A stretch of 64,000 bases of DNA from a virus (taxonomy: Duplodnaviria; Caudoviricetes): the IMG/VR virus record IMGVR_UViG_3300014204_000010, positions 25,374-89,373 of that record; one strand, 5' to 3'. Positions 30,482-40,822 of this stretch are shown here, piece by piece. Below the pieces are notes generated by a model. That model saw only the letters and a program-made list of their open reading frames with translations. It searched no databases and was not told the DNA's origin. Within the stretch, counting starts at the first letter, position 1. Each line of letters starts with the position of its first letter. The position numbers and the translations under genes are program-made.

Positions 30482-31084
30482 CTAGACCATATCCCCTCCG
30501 GACACGAAAACAATGGTGCCGAGTGGCATAGAATCCCAAGCAGCATCGCCGCCTGTGATTCCCGAGTCCGCTCTTTTTGCTTCGAACGTAACCGGGATAG
30601 CCGCAGCATCCTCAGCCTTCAAATCCATTTCGAAGTTACTGACAGCATTAGCCCTGGGATAGATAACGATCATCTGGGCCAAGTTATTAGGGAAGGTGTA
30701 AACAGCTTCCATTCTGACGTAAGCGGGGGCAACCAAACCTCCTAGAGCAATACTTTCATCGTATTCATCTAAGAGGGTAGGGTCAATACCACGAGCCATA
30801 GCCATGTTTGCAAGAGTTAGCTCTTTGAAAGCCGTCTCAAGCATGTTCGATTCCCTTATTGGAAGAGAAATATCTTCCAGAAGGGGGAACCCTGATTCCA
30901 ACTTCCAGAAGTCTACTTTACCTGTCATCTTGGTAGATGCCAGAGCACCGATGGAATTGGCGGAAGTGAGAGCAGGTGTTGCCGTAGCTATGTTCGCCGC
31001 CGAAGCACCTACTCTGATCTGAGCCAACCCCAAAGCGACAGATTCTGGATGTACAGTCAAAGGGCCTGACCTTGTTAAACTCAT
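30482..31084 (-). CDS. major tail (tube) protein
   Basis: 200 aa, beta-rich with LGLAQIRVG and IPVTFEA motifs; canonical position before the chaperones. Confidence 0.8.
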   Translation of the reverse strand: MSLTRSGPLTVHPESVALGLAQIRVGASAANIATATPALTSANSIGALASTKMTGKVDFWKLESGFPLLEDISLPIRESNMLETAFKELTLANMAMARGIDPTLLDEYDESIALGGLVAPAYVRMEAVYTFPNNLAQMIVIYPRANAVSNFEMDLKAEDAAAIPVTFEAKRADSGITGGDAAWDSMPLGTIVFVSGGDMV

Positions 31085-31089
31085 ACTTC

Positions 31090-31380
31090 TTACCTCCTGT
31101 TTTGATTAATGTTTGCTGCTTCTGGCGTGGTTGCTTCGGATTTCTCCGATTGAAATATATTGGGTAAATAATTTATAACTTGCCAGTGATTACAACCTCT
31201 CCTCAGACATTTCATCTTGACATTACCCTGCAAAAACATTTCTACGGGTATATGCTCATTATTGGAATCCGAGGGTTTACCAAAAATGAAATGCAGAATG
31301 CCATTGGGGCGTCTTTCAATAAGCTTCTTCCCGCACTTTTCACAGTTTACAAAAATTCCTTTTACTGGGCTGCTCCCCAT
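31090..31380 (-). CDS. zinc-ribbon protein (Mu Com-like)
   Basis: CEKCGKKL...KCLRRGCNHW motif. Confidence 0.55.
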   Translation of the reverse strand: MGSSPVKGIFVNCEKCGKKLIERRPNGILHFIFGKPSDSNNEHIPVEMFLQGNVKMKCLRRGCNHWQVINYLPNIFQSEKSEATTPEAANINQNRR

Positions 31381-31832
31381 CGCAATCTCACCGAATAAAG
31401 TTTAAACTTTGTTTCGTCCTCAAGGACTGCTATTGTTGGTGTGGCGTCCCAAAAATCCTGAACAATCATTTGGGCAATAACTTCCCAAGGATTCTGAGTA
31501 ACATCATATAATGGTATTCTCTTCATCCCATCCGTAAAAGTGGAATCAACTAAGAGTCCCTTTACGATGTCGGCCATTTCTGCCAGTTCATCCCCTTCGG
31601 GGTCTTCCCTGGAAAGACAGTAAATCTCAAAGAAGTATTCATTAAGTGCCTGTAAGCCAAAAGAACCGAATGACACACTATACCACTTGAGGACTGCTGC
31701 ATTTCCCTGTGTTCTTGTATCAGGGGCAGCTAGTGAAACATCAAAGGTGACGGCCGTACCAAGAACGTCCAGAAAGAATTTCTTCAATGATCGTGTTACA
31801 TTCACTTCTTTTGACAATTTATGGAGACTCAT
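31362..31832 (-). CDS. tail terminator protein
   Basis: 156 aa, acidic, with FEIYCLSRE motif; position before the major tail gene. Confidence 0.6.
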   Translation of the reverse strand: MSLHKLSKEVNVTRSLKKFFLDVLGTAVTFDVSLAAPDTRTQGNAAVLKWYSVSFGSFGLQALNEYFFEIYCLSREDPEGDELAEMADIVKGLLVDSTFTDGMKRIPLYDVTQNPWEVIAQMIVQDFWDATPTIAVLEDETKFKLYSVRLRWGAAQ

Positions 31833-31833
31833 G

Positions 31834-32019
31834 TTATTTCCACACAGACCTGATCAAGTTTTTAGCAAGTTCCACCTTCTGAACAAACGTGGGATAGAAG
31901 TCCCTAAAAGTATTTCCCACAAGAGGTCTTGGGGGAATGTTATGCGAAGGAAAGCCGTACTCTATGGCATAGACGTAAATGTTTGGATCCTTCGGTTTAG
32001 GAGTTTTCTTCTCGCTCAC
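31834..32019 (-). CDS. neck/tail-completion-region small protein
   Basis: YAIEYGFPSHNIPPRPL motif, typical of HK97 gp10-like C-terminal parts. Confidence 0.5.
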   Translation of the reverse strand: MSEKKTPKPKDPNIYVYAIEYGFPSHNIPPRPLVGNTFRDFYPTFVQKVELAKNLIRSVWK

Positions 32020-32557
32020 GTTTTTTCACCAGTAACGGGTTAGTCAATGACTGAGAATGTACCTTCGTTTGTGGTACATAGCCCTCAATGGATATATGTC
32101 TGAGGGTACTCATAGCTTCATGCCTTCGTTCCGTTGCACTCGTAGGTCTTTGTGTACTCTTCACTTCTTTACGCTTTACTACAGTTCTTTTGGTCGGTCG
32201 GGCAGCACCTTGAACTATGGCTCCTCCTACATACTTAAAACCGACAAAATATGATGTTCTTATGGGGGAGTTATCCACAGACCAATAGTTTATAGATTTC
32301 ATCGCTGTGCCCAACCACAACCAGTACTGACTTGAATTTGAAAACGCTTTCTTCCAAGATGCGGTTCTAGGGTGACCAAAATCGGAGTAGGTCTGTTCGA
32401 CAATGTTCTTGCGGAGCTGCTTGGAGAAAGCAATAGCAGAGTCCAAGGGTATTCGGTTCTTCTGATCGACCACAACCTTCTTCACTCTTTCTAAAGCTGT
32501 TAGGATGCGGTTGAAATCACCTTGGTTCACTGTTATCTTAATCATCGTAAATGTCAC
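31997..32557 (-). CDS. tail completion / neck protein (HK97 gp10-like N-terminal part)
   Basis: Basic 186-aa ORF in the head-tail joining cluster. Confidence 0.5.
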   Translation of the reverse strand: MTFTMIKITVNQGDFNRILTALERVKKVVVDQKNRIPLDSAIAFSKQLRKNIVEQTYSDFGHPRTASWKKAFSNSSQYWLWLGTAMKSINYWSVDNSPIRTSYFVGFKYVGGAIVQGAARPTKRTVVKRKEVKSTQRPTSATERRHEAMSTLRHISIEGYVPQTKVHSQSLTNPLLVKKREREENS

Positions 32558-33203
32558 CGTCTATAACTACTGCTTTGGGTCTGGTATCTTCTACTAAAAG
32601 AGCCATGCAAACACTGGGGAAGTTATACCTTTGGATATTCTCAATCTTGTAATACTCAGTCTCCGAGACAAAAACTCTATCCAAGGGTTTCAGATCGTAT
32701 GAAGCCGGGTAATAAAAATCCAGTCGATAAATAGCATTCTGTCCAGTTCTTACATTCTCCTCAAGTTGTGAACCAAAAAGTCGATCTGTTATCAGACCGT
32801 AAACCGGAGACTCTTTAATCACTTGCCATCCTGAAATCATCTTCAAGGTTTCATTGTCTCGCACTTCTACGGGTCTTAGGATATGAGCCGTTACCGGAAG
32901 ATTACAGAGGTAAAGAACTACACTCCACTCTACTACCTCATCCTCAAACATCTCGGGTGTTTTGTTCATAACCAAGTAGTTGCGATTTAACTCGGTTATG
33001 TTCAGAACATCTCCGACAACGGCTTCCGAATCATAAGGAAAAGTGGCATCAAGATGATGCTCCCGAATAAAAGGTTTAGTTGCCTGGGAATTTATATCGT
33101 AAATAACCCACTGATCAGTGACCACTGGGTCTCTACTTATGATCGTAGTGGCAGAACCTTCTTCGGTGTAGACTTCCTTTATATCCTCCCCCAAGGATGC
33201 CAT
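32538..33203 (-). CDS. head closure / stopper protein
   Basis: Position after the adaptor; LKPLDRVFVSETEYYKIENI motif. Confidence 0.55.
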   Translation of the reverse strand: MASLGEDIKEVYTEEGSATTIISRDPVVTDQWVIYDINSQATKPFIREHHLDATFPYDSEAVVGDVLNITELNRNYLVMNKTPEMFEDEVVEWSVVLYLCNLPVTAHILRPVEVRDNETLKMISGWQVIKESPVYGLITDRLFGSQLEENVRTGQNAIYRLDFYYPASYDLKPLDRVFVSETEYYKIENIQRYNFPSVCMALLVEDTRPKAVVIDGDIYDD

Positions 33204-33670
33204 TATTCAACCTCTCCCGGGGTGAAAACTACATAATTCCGGACATCGTAAGTAAGATCGGCTCCATCTATGTCGTAAAGAAAACCGGCATCAATCTTCG
33301 TTCCAAACAATTTGTACAAGTCAACCCCACCAAATGCAGTCGGGTTTTCTGCCATAGCATCCTCAAACTCCTTATCCATCGTTTCGATAAGCTTCTGGAA
33401 ATGCTCAAACCTGTTTTGCAGATTAACGAGCTTGTATTTAAACTTGTTGGCAGAAGCTATTCGGAGAATGTCTACGCAATGTCTGGAAGCTCGATTGATC
33501 AACCAGAGAGCCTTTGTTGGGTCAGTCACTGGATACGACCAACCCAACTCACTGATGGCCTTGTTTCCCGCAAACTCATATCCATCCGCAGATATTAGAG
33601 TGTTGAGGGAGGATAATTGGATGACCACATAATCCGTAAGTTCGGCGGCATTATTAATGGTAAAAGACAT
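33203..33670 (-). CDS. head-tail adaptor protein
   Basis: 155-aa helical protein two genes after the major capsid gene. Confidence 0.55.
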   Translation of the reverse strand: MSFTINNAAELTDYVVIQLSSLNTLISADGYEFAGNKAISELGWSYPVTDPTKALWLINRASRHCVDILRIASANKFKYKLVNLQNRFEHFQKLIETMDKEFEDAMAENPTAFGGVDLYKLFGTKIDAGFLYDIDGADLTYDVRNYVVFTPGEVE

Positions 33671-33672
33671 GG

Positions 33673-34065
33673 TTACTCCGTATTCTGTCTTTTCTTGATA
33701 AGGGTCTTAACCGGTGCCGGTACTTCATCTGAAACGGGAGCAGTTGCCGGAACCGGTTCTTTCTTTTCCAGAGACCGTTTTGCTCGTGGAGCCTTTATTT
33801 CTTTCTCTGCGGCCTCTTTGCGGGCTATGATAGCCGCTTGCTTTTTCTTCTCCTCCGATGTGTCATCAAAATTCACTGATACCTTTGCTTCAGTTTGGGG
33901 AGGAGGGGAGACTGAGGAGGGTTCTGGAATAACTTCAGCTTGCCCCCTCCTCAATCTCTTGAACATGAACTCAGGAATGGGTTCCTTGGAATCATCGAAA
34001 ACCGTCCCTGCCGCGACCACTTGACCGCTACCTATTTTCAAATTCACCTTGAGCATAAGTTTCAT
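33673..34065 (-). CDS. hypothetical protein following major capsid
   Basis: ATG at 34065 with SD GGAGG; the longer track start at 34311 lies inside the capsid gene. Confidence 0.6.
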   Translation of the reverse strand: MKLMLKVNLKIGSGQVVAAGTVFDDSKEPIPEFMFKRLRRGQAEVIPEPSSVSPPPQTEAKVSVNFDDTSEEKKKQAAIIARKEAAEKEIKAPRAKRSLEKKEPVPATAPVSDEVPAPVKTLIKKRQNTE

Positions 34066-34090
34066 GGTGATTGCACCTCCTTCAAGACGT

Positions 34091-35320
34091 TTAGTATTCT
34101 GCCATATCGTAGGCTGTGATCTTGTACGTGGTATCCGGATAGTAAAGCACCGGAAGACCTTTATCCTGTACACGCAGCCAGATTCCTTCAGGATCCCATT
34201 CGTCTTTCGTGTCGGCGTAGAAACCCCAGCGCCGAGTATTGCCGTAAGGTGCCTGCATGAACTCTGCAATCTTCTGTCCGCCCTGGGTAGAGCTGAAGAG
34301 GAAGAACTCATTATCCAATATGAATTTTTTCTTCATAAGGACTTTGTCTCTTCCGCCTATGAAGGTTGCAGTGGGCTGTGCTCCAACGGTTACGGTATTG
34401 GCAGTCTTATCCACAGCCGTAATCACTTCGTCTTCATAGGTGTTGTAAGTAACCATGTTGACGAAACGGAGTTTTCCGCCTACTTCAAAATCGGAGGCGT
34501 CGTCCACGTAAATCGTAGTTCCGGACGGTGTCTGAGTCAACCATGCCTGAACTTCGTAAAGTTCGTCGTATATGGTCAAAGCACCGATTCCGAGAAGTAC
34601 AGCAAGGACCTGAGCCGGACGAGAGAAGAGATCACCATTACCGAAAGCACTCTTCGTAAGAAGAGCCTGAATCTTCGTGTCCAGCATGAGGACTTTCAGC
34701 ATCTGGGTATTACAAATGGCATAGTCGGGAACTACCGAAGCATCGTCGGCAAGAGCTACTTTTCCTTCGAAAATATCTTCGACTACATTCCGGGAAGCAC
34801 CGTCCACCCAGTTACGGTCATCGTCCAGAGTTACGAAATGGGAAGTAGGTACTCCGTAACTGAGGGAGAATTTGGTTCCACCGGCCATCGTGTAAGAGAG
34901 GGAGCCGTTCAGAAGCATCTGAGCGACCATCCATTCTCTCCTGCGATCACAACGGAAGCGGAGTTTTTTTGCACCTCGGGAGAGTTTTCTCTCAGCCGTC
35001 TGATAAGTAGCCCAACTACCGGGCTCTCTCATATTGTTGAGGAACTCTTCATCGAAGTACATCTTTTCTTTCCAGTAAGCGGCTTTTGCTGAAGCTTCGC
35101 CGGTTCCGTCGACTCCAATAGCGGGAGCTACTGAACCCGGAGCAACAAACGGAGTCATCCCACCGGAACTGTATTCAATTTCCCACTTGATGCTGTCCGA
35201 ATCATAATTCTGACTCGGGAACAATCCGGTGAAGAAATTCGCGGGCGGCCTCTCAAACTTGGAAATGAGTTTGTTCAGCGTAGTTAGCTGAAGAGCCGGG
35301 ATTCCTGTTGAACCTTTCAT
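34091..35320 (-). CDS. major capsid protein (lambda gpE-like family, with insertion)
   Basis: FF.GLFP, MTPFVAPGS, RRREWMVAQMLLNG and C-terminal LPV motifs; follows the decoration gene. Confidence 0.88.
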   Translation of the reverse strand: MKGSTGIPALQLTTLNKLISKFERPPANFFTGLFPSQNYDSDSIKWEIEYSSGGMTPFVAPGSVAPAIGVDGTGEASAKAAYWKEKMYFDEEFLNNMREPGSWATYQTAERKLSRGAKKLRFRCDRRREWMVAQMLLNGSLSYTMAGGTKFSLSYGVPTSHFVTLDDDRNWVDGASRNVVEDIFEGKVALADDASVVPDYAICNTQMLKVLMLDTKIQALLTKSAFGNGDLFSRPAQVLAVLLGIGALTIYDELYEVQAWLTQTPSGTTIYVDDASDFEVGGKLRFVNMVTYNTYEDEVITAVDKTANTVTVGAQPTATFIGGRDKVLMKKKFILDNEFFLFSSTQGGQKIAEFMQAPYGNTRRWGFYADTKDEWDPEGIWLRVQDKGLPVLYYPDTTYKITAYDMAEY

Positions 35321-35351
35321 GTAAAGACCTCCTGATAATTTATCTGACCAG

Positions 35352-36044
35352 TTATTTCAGAATGAAGAAACGACCGTCCGTCGAACCGAGGGAAGTTATT
35401 GCTGCCGCCGACAAATTGGTCATGTTGTTCTTGTACAAGACCGCATTGGAGACCACGACGGAGGTAAGGGCACCTTCAGCATCCGTGCCTTCCCCGGTGT
35501 CAACGTCTTTGTCGAGAACGTAAGCGGCTACTGAATAAGTACCGGACTCTGCGGTCTGGACATAGCAGTAAGCCCCCTTCGCTACTGTGAAGTTCCCGTG
35601 GGAGAACGCAGTAGTCGTTATTTCCGCATAGATTGCACTGGTAGTGCGATCTATGACGGTGATTGCCGCTGCTTTTATCGGACCGTCTCCATCTGCATTC
35701 TCCAAGTACAGATCGTCACCGACCTGAAACTTGTACGAATCGTTTTTGGAAACTCTGATCTTTCCTGAGGCAGAGTCCAGAACGCAAGCAGCTACTCCTA
35801 TGGATGTGATTCCGTCACCGAGAGTTACGGAAGCCGGAACAAAAGGAACCAGTTCCCCTACCCCGCCTGCGTCGGAGCAGTTCACGGCCATCACGGTTCC
35901 CGCCTTCAGATAACCATAGCCCTTAGCGACAGTCTTATCTATGATAAGAGCAATGTCTCGAACGGAATGGAACAACGGTTTAATTCCATATCCTTCAGGA
36001 CCTCGATTAATCTGAGGCATTGAACTTCTTACAAAATTGTCCAT
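35352..36044 (-). CDS. head decoration protein
   Basis: GYGYLKAGTVMA and YVLDKDVD motifs; position between protease/scaffold and capsid. Confidence 0.7.
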   Translation of the reverse strand: MDNFVRSSMPQINRGPEGYGIKPLFHSVRDIALIIDKTVAKGYGYLKAGTVMAVNCSDAGGVGELVPFVPASVTLGDGITSIGVAACVLDSASGKIRVSKNDSYKFQVGDDLYLENADGDGPIKAAAITVIDRTTSAIYAEITTTAFSHGNFTVAKGAYCYVQTAESGTYSVAAYVLDKDVDTGEGTDAEGALTSVVVSNAVLYKNNMTNLSAAAITSLGSTDGRFFILK

Positions 36045-36098
36045 TTGGACCTCCTTCTAAAGCTTTTGAACCTTGGTTTGAATTAGTCTTTAAATGGT

Positions 36099-37211
36099 TT
36101 AGTAACCCATCATTCGCTCTACTATCTTGTCCTCTGCCATTTCGTGAACCTTCTCGGATGAAGCAGAGAAACCCATACCGAGGATAGAAGGTTCAGGACC
36201 TTCTCCTTCTACCGGTGCCCAATCCTTCAGTTCCGTCTCTACGGATGCTGCGAATTTGACTTTGTCCAGATTCCCGTTTTCGATGAAGGCTTCATGACTG
36301 ATCTGCTTTTTGATCTTGGTATGAAGTCTCACCGGAATCTCTTTGTGAGCCGACAAAGCATTTTCGACGATTGCATCGGCGGAAGCTTTAAGCTCTCGCT
36401 CGGATCTCAAAGCGTCATTCTTTTCCAGTTCTTTCAAACGGTCTTCCTGGGTTTTCCCCGTCTCTTTCAGCTTCGCATTCTCAGCCTCCAGTGACGTAAT
36501 TTTTCCCGACATACTGGTCTTCTCCGCAGAGAAAGACACTTCTGCTTCAGTCTTTCCTTCTGCGTAGATGGCCGCATAAATATCCGGGAACTCGGCCTTC
36601 AGTTGGTCTTTTGTCATTGGAACCTCCTCTACCTTTCCTTTAAATGTGGTAACTTCTACTTCCATGTCTTCGTTTTCGGACATGGCAACCGATTTAGTGT
36701 TCGGGTCGGCACCAAAGGTGACAACCGAACCCTCTTTAAATGCTGACTCTCGCCAGATAACAGCCGGACCTTTTAAAACATAGCCATTAACCTCTGCCTG
36801 AGAACCTTCCATAATCTCTTCGATCTTAGAGGGTTTAGCAAAGATGGAAGCTTCATAGGGGAAGCCCGCTTTGGAGTTGGCTACAAACTCCTGTGCAAAA
36901 GGGGTATCAAGGACTTTGGCGTTCTTAGCCACCAATTTGTAATCCTCGGTTACCACGTAGTTAGCAAATCCGATCTTCTTGTCTATGTCGTGCTCTGAGA
37001 GGATGGGATTTACTTTCTTGGCAAACTTCATTCCGGATAGATCAATGGCTAGAGTTCCCCAGTACCAATGACCTTTGATGGGTTTACCCGAGTAAGCCGT
37101 CATCTCCATAATAGGATCACCACCATCTTCCGTGAATCTGAACTCCGCCGCTTCACTGAAGCAAAGAGAGTTCTTTGGGCATTTCTTTGTGATGGATTTT
37201 TTCTCTTCCAT
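36099..37211 (-). CDS. prohead protease / scaffold
   Basis: N-terminal AYSG, PILSEH, YEASI, EGSVVTFGAD (HK97-like protease), C-terminal coiled-coil scaffold. Confidence 0.8.
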   Translation of the reverse strand: MEEKKSITKKCPKNSLCFSEAAEFRFTEDGGDPIMEMTAYSGKPIKGHWYWGTLAIDLSGMKFAKKVNPILSEHDIDKKIGFANYVVTEDYKLVAKNAKVLDTPFAQEFVANSKAGFPYEASIFAKPSKIEEIMEGSQAEVNGYVLKGPAVIWRESAFKEGSVVTFGADPNTKSVAMSENEDMEVEVTTFKGKVEEVPMTKDQLKAEFPDIYAAIYAEGKTEAEVSFSAEKTSMSGKITSLEAENAKLKETGKTQEDRLKELEKNDALRSERELKASADAIVENALSAHKEIPVRLHTKIKKQISHEAFIENGNLDKVKFAASVETELKDWAPVEGEGPEPSILGMGFSASSEKVHEMAEDKIVERMMGY

Positions 37212-37235
37212 TTCTGACCTCCGGTTGGACTCTCC

Positions 37236-37916
37236 TTAATCAATAGCGGAAAGATCCACTGTGATTGTGTATGTTACGGTTAATTGTGCGCCGTTTGCAA
37301 CCTCTACGGGTACTCCAAGAACGCTTCTTTCAAGGAGAATCTGAGTACCATTAAAAGAAGAAAGACCGGTTTCTTTTACCGTAATAGAAGAACCCGAGTT
37401 GTTATTGAAAACCCTGGACATAGTAAGAGTCCAAGATTTTGTACCTGCTGTGTAAGAAGCTGTTACAGCGGAGTTGGCTGCGTAGCTCAGTTGAGAGGCA
37501 CTGTTACCATGAGCTATTAGAGTAGCAAGAGCAACATTGGCGGCCGACCAAGCTGTATTTCCTGTGCCTACACATATACCATTAGTGGCACCTGCCCCCG
37601 AACTCTTGTGGTTAAGAGGACCATAAGACGCAGCTCCTGCTGCATAATAATTTCCGGCAATGTCCTTGATAGAAATATATCCAGCAGCAAAACCTCCGGT
37701 TCCTTTTACCCCTGCGGAACAGAGAAACATGTCGATGAAGGAATTGTAATAATTCCTCACCCAACTGTGGCCCCGTTCCAGATGATTGTGCAGCAATTTG
37801 CCGTTCTTGTCATGCACTTCAAAGCGGATGAAAACATCAGGTGGGGGGAGAACATGCAGTTCGGCACACATTTCCTTCAAACGCTTAAATTTTAATTCCT
37901 CATCCTTATTCAACAT
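37236..37916 (-). CDS. putative virion structural protein
   Basis: Gly/Ala/Thr-rich; GICVGTGNTA and ITVKETGL motifs. Confidence 0.55.
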   Translation of the reverse strand: MLNKDEELKFKRLKEMCAELHVLPPPDVFIRFEVHDKNGKLLHNHLERGHSWVRNYYNSFIDMFLCSAGVKGTGGFAAGYISIKDIAGNYYAAGAASYGPLNHKSSGAGATNGICVGTGNTAWSAANVALATLIAHGNSASQLSYAANSAVTASYTAGTKSWTLTMSRVFNNNSGSSITVKETGLSSFNGTQILLERSVLGVPVEVANGAQLTVTYTITVDLSAID

Positions 37917-37934
37917 TGGTTATGTTCCCTCCTA

Positions 37935-38114
37935 CTAGGATGTTGCAACATCTACATCGGCTAAGGTTTCAGCCGCTGACGTTATCTCTACCGCTGTGGA
38001 TACCGGTGTTTCTGCGAGTACACTTAAAGCAACAGAAGGAACAGCAACACCTGGGGATGTTGACAATTCCAGACGCGGTGGTCCCGGTTTCCCTTTTGAG
38101 ATAAAAATAATCAT
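37935..38114 (-). CDS. small Ser/Thr/Ala-rich protein (59 aa, not in ORF track)
   Basis: MIIFISKGKPGPPRLELSTS...DVATS*; fills the gap between flanking genes. Confidence 0.5.
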   Translation of the reverse strand: MIIFISKGKPGPPRLELSTSPGVAVPSVALSVLAETPVSTAVEITSAAETLADVDVATS

Positions 38115-38122
38115 ACAGTCAC

Positions 38123-38737
38123 CTATGGTAAGGCAAATGCCATTTCCACGATTAAACCTTTAGGGGCCGTTGTGCTTACCCCGTCAACGTCAATTCTCAG
38201 AAGGTCACCTGTAACCACGTCATCATGGGTAGCATCAATAGTCCCGGGTGTTCCCGAAGTTCTTGTGGAGCTTTCTGTAGATTCAATATTCATAAGGGTT
38301 GAGAGCATGTCTTGGTTATCGGTCACATTATGAATCTGGATAGTGGTTGCATTTGTCGTTCCTGCCGTTAAAACGGTAGCTGCTACCCTCACAAGATTCA
38401 TTCCGTTTAGTTCGGGGGGGACTACGAAGTAACCTTTACCATCCCCGGCAATAACATCTGCGGCAGCATCGAAGATCACCATTTGAACGACTTGCGTTCC
38501 TATATTGGAACCTGCCAGAGCGTCCGCTGTTACGAACTTTGCATTATCCGTACCTGCATTAATATCAGCACTTGAAGCTAGAAGGAGGGATAAGGCACTC
38601 TTTAACTCGGCGAGTGTCTTCTTTGCCCAAACAAGTGGAGAACCTCCACCCATAAGAACATCATTCTCTGCTGTCGGGGAAACAAGACTGCTTCCACCAC
38701 TTCCGCTGTCAGGAGGATTGTTATAAGGACTCTTCAT
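38123..38737 (-). CDS. putative virion structural protein
   Basis: ASSADINAGTDNAKFVT repeat unit common in fibres; C-terminal GDLLRIDVDGV beta domain. Confidence 0.6.
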   Translation of the reverse strand: MKSPYNNPPDSGSGGSSLVSPTAENDVLMGGGSPLVWAKKTLAELKSALSLLLASSADINAGTDNAKFVTADALAGSNIGTQVVQMVIFDAAADVIAGDGKGYFVVPPELNGMNLVRVAATVLTAGTTNATTIQIHNVTDNQDMLSTLMNIESTESSTRTSGTPGTIDATHDDVVTGDLLRIDVDGVSTTAPKGLIVEMAFALP

Positions 38738-38738
38738 G

Positions 38739-39095
38739 CTACCTCCTTGACCATCTTTGAATGCTCACTTGACAGTCTTGCTCACTTATGAGGGAAACAT
38801 GGGTCAGTTGGGTGGAGAAGCTCACATTACAAATTAACCCCGGGTTGAGAAGGGGAGCACTTCCGTCAACAACATCATACTCATCGGGAACCTCAACCTC
38901 TACATCAGACCCTCCAAAGAGAACCCAGATGTCTTTGGACGGAGTAAATAGAATAAGGTCTGTTCCTGTGGGTATGGCATATCGTTTCGCAGTATTGGCA
39001 GTCAAGGACAACCTATCAGAAGCCGTCAACTGTGTAGACAGTATCGGGTTGTTATAGGTAGGATCGGCTGCCTGTAGGAACTTTTTCATATCCAT
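38739..39095 (-). CDS. hypothetical protein
   Basis: 118-aa ORF with SD AGGAG. Confidence 0.65.
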   Translation of the reverse strand: MDMKKFLQAADPTYNNPILSTQLTASDRLSLTANTAKRYAIPTGTDLILFTPSKDIWVLFGGSDVEVEVPDEYDVVDGSAPLLNPGLICNVSFSTQLTHVSLISEQDCQVSIQRWSRR

Positions 39096-39106
39096 TGAAA
39101 ATCCTC

Positions 39107-40822
39107 CTAAATTGCAACGTAAGCACCTGCATCCTCTTCAAGAATGCTTTTTAGTAGCCCATAGTTTGGATCGTGTTTGAAACTTCTATTATCAGGATTA
39201 TGTGCAGTTGTCAAGCCCTTTTTTCCTACCATACCCTTCATACCCATTGTGATTATCTTAGGACTTCTAAATATCAGTTTTTCAACAGTTTTTGCTTTTC
39301 GGTCATACACAAATTCGGCCCCTCTTTTTGCTCGGGCTCTCATTTTTATACTTTCGGGAATATTATTTTCGAAGATTTGTCCTGCAGGAAGAATTGTACC
39401 ACTACTTAATTTCAGAGAAGTGGTCAACCTAACTTTCTCTATTTTGTCATAGGTTTGGAAAACTTCCTTCCACAGCTTCACGTCCACAAGACCCTTCCCC
39501 GCCAATTCATAATCTTTCCCAGCACTCTCGCAAATAGAATTTAATCGAGGGATTATACTGGCTCTGAATGCCGTTTGTGAAAAGGCTGGTTGTTTAACAG
39601 TCTGCTTCTCCATATATTTACCTATGCTCGGATAGTAAAAGATCAGATTGCCAAAGCCCACCAATTCCGCTTTATCTAGTAACTGAGACATCGTATCCAG
39701 ATAAGTGGCGTGATACCAGTCATCATCCTCCATTATCATTATCTTGTCACATTTTACTTTGGTTAATGCTAGGAGAAGGTTCAAGCAAAGGGTGTGCGTG
39801 TAATCATTCGGTGTTGGATTTCTTCTGTAATATTCCATGTCCCTTGTAGGGGTTATTGGGGTTTTTCCATCATCGACTACAATCCATTGAGTAGGTTGGA
39901 GTATTTGCTTATCTTTCCATCTCTTTAAAAGAGCCATACATTCCGGACGATCACTTGTGCATGTTATGACTGAGATCGGTTCGATCCTCTTAGGAATAGG
40001 AGGGGGAGCTGGACGAGGTCTTACATTTGTTATTTGGGGAGGAGGTTTGGGAAGAAACTGGTTTACTCTCCCCATAGACCGAGTTGTACCGACAAGCAGA
40101 GCACTTTCAAAGCTTTGCCCCACATGTTTCATTATTAACTTGGCATTATCTATCCCTATCCATTTTATCAGATTCTCCAGAGCAATGTCCGGATAGTAGT
40201 AACGAGATTCAGGATTATGACCTGTACCAATACCCTTTCTCCCTTTTAAACCCTTCAAGGAACAGTGGAGATGAAGTTCGTCTTTGATATCCTCAATCAG
40301 GTATTTGCGAAGAGTCGGAACAGCCCATATACGAGCATCGACGTAAGGATCACCTTCCAGACATTTCTTGAAAAAAGATAATGCTCCGGATGTAAATCCT
40401 GTCTGACATAAACTGGCATGAGCCGTGTTTGCAATCCTTCTAAACTTCATTATGGGAGCATGATAATACCTGGCACATTTCTCTCCCACTAAGTCAAAAT
40501 GAAGAAGATAATGATTCATGGTGGCTATATAATTAGGACCATACCAGTCATCATCCTCTATGATAAGGATTTTATCTCCTTTTATGTGCTTAACAGCTTC
40601 TTTGAGGTTAAGGGTAAGGGTGTGACCCTCTCCCTCTTTCGGTTCCCTACGGACGTATTTGATATTGATGTTTGCACAATACTTTAGGTAATCGGGCATA
40701 GGAGTAAAACCGTCATCTACAATGATCCATTGATCAGGTTTTACTACCTGATCAGCCATCCATCTCCGACAAAGTTCGAACGCTTCTGTCCTATCCCCTG
40801 TGGGTGTAATACACGTTATCAT
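39107..40822 (-). CDS. tandem double glycosyltransferase (two GT-A/GT2-like domains)
   Basis: ITCITPT.DR...QWIIVDDG...IIEDDDWY occurs twice (again as VITCTSDR...QWIVVDDG...IMEDDDWY), separated by a Pro-rich linker. Confidence 0.85.
   Translation of the reverse strand: MITCITPTGDRTEAFELCRRWMADQVVKPDQWIIVDDGFTPMPDYLKYCANINIKYVRREPKEGEGHTLTLNLKEAVKHIKGDKILIIEDDDWYGPNYIATMNHYLLHFDLVGEKCARYYHAPIMKFRRIANTAHASLCQTGFTSGALSFFKKCLEGDPYVDARIWAVPTLRKYLIEDIKDELHLHCSLKGLKGRKGIGTGHNPESRYYYPDIALENLIKWIGIDNAKLIMKHVGQSFESALLVGTTRSMGRVNQFLPKPPPQITNVRPRPAPPPIPKRIEPISVITCTSDRPECMALLKRWKDKQILQPTQWIVVDDGKTPITPTRDMEYYRRNPTPNDYTHTLCLNLLLALTKVKCDKIMIMEDDDWYHATYLDTMSQLLDKAELVGFGNLIFYYPSIGKYMEKQTVKQPAFSQTAFRASIIPRLNSICESAGKDYELAGKGLVDVKLWKEVFQTYDKIEKVRLTTSLKLSSGTILPAGQIFENNIPESIKMRARAKRGAEFVYDRKAKTVEKLIFRSPKIITMGMKGMVGKKGLTTAHNPDNRSFKHDPNYGLLKSILEEDAGAYVAI

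Noticed and set aside
33673-34311. Track start at 34311 for the post-capsid ORF
   Set aside because: It overlaps the capsid gene by over 200 nt; ATG 34065 has a proper GGAGG SD.
34049-35092. 347-aa + strand ORF
   Set aside because: Antisense shadow of the major capsid gene; no RBS or motifs.
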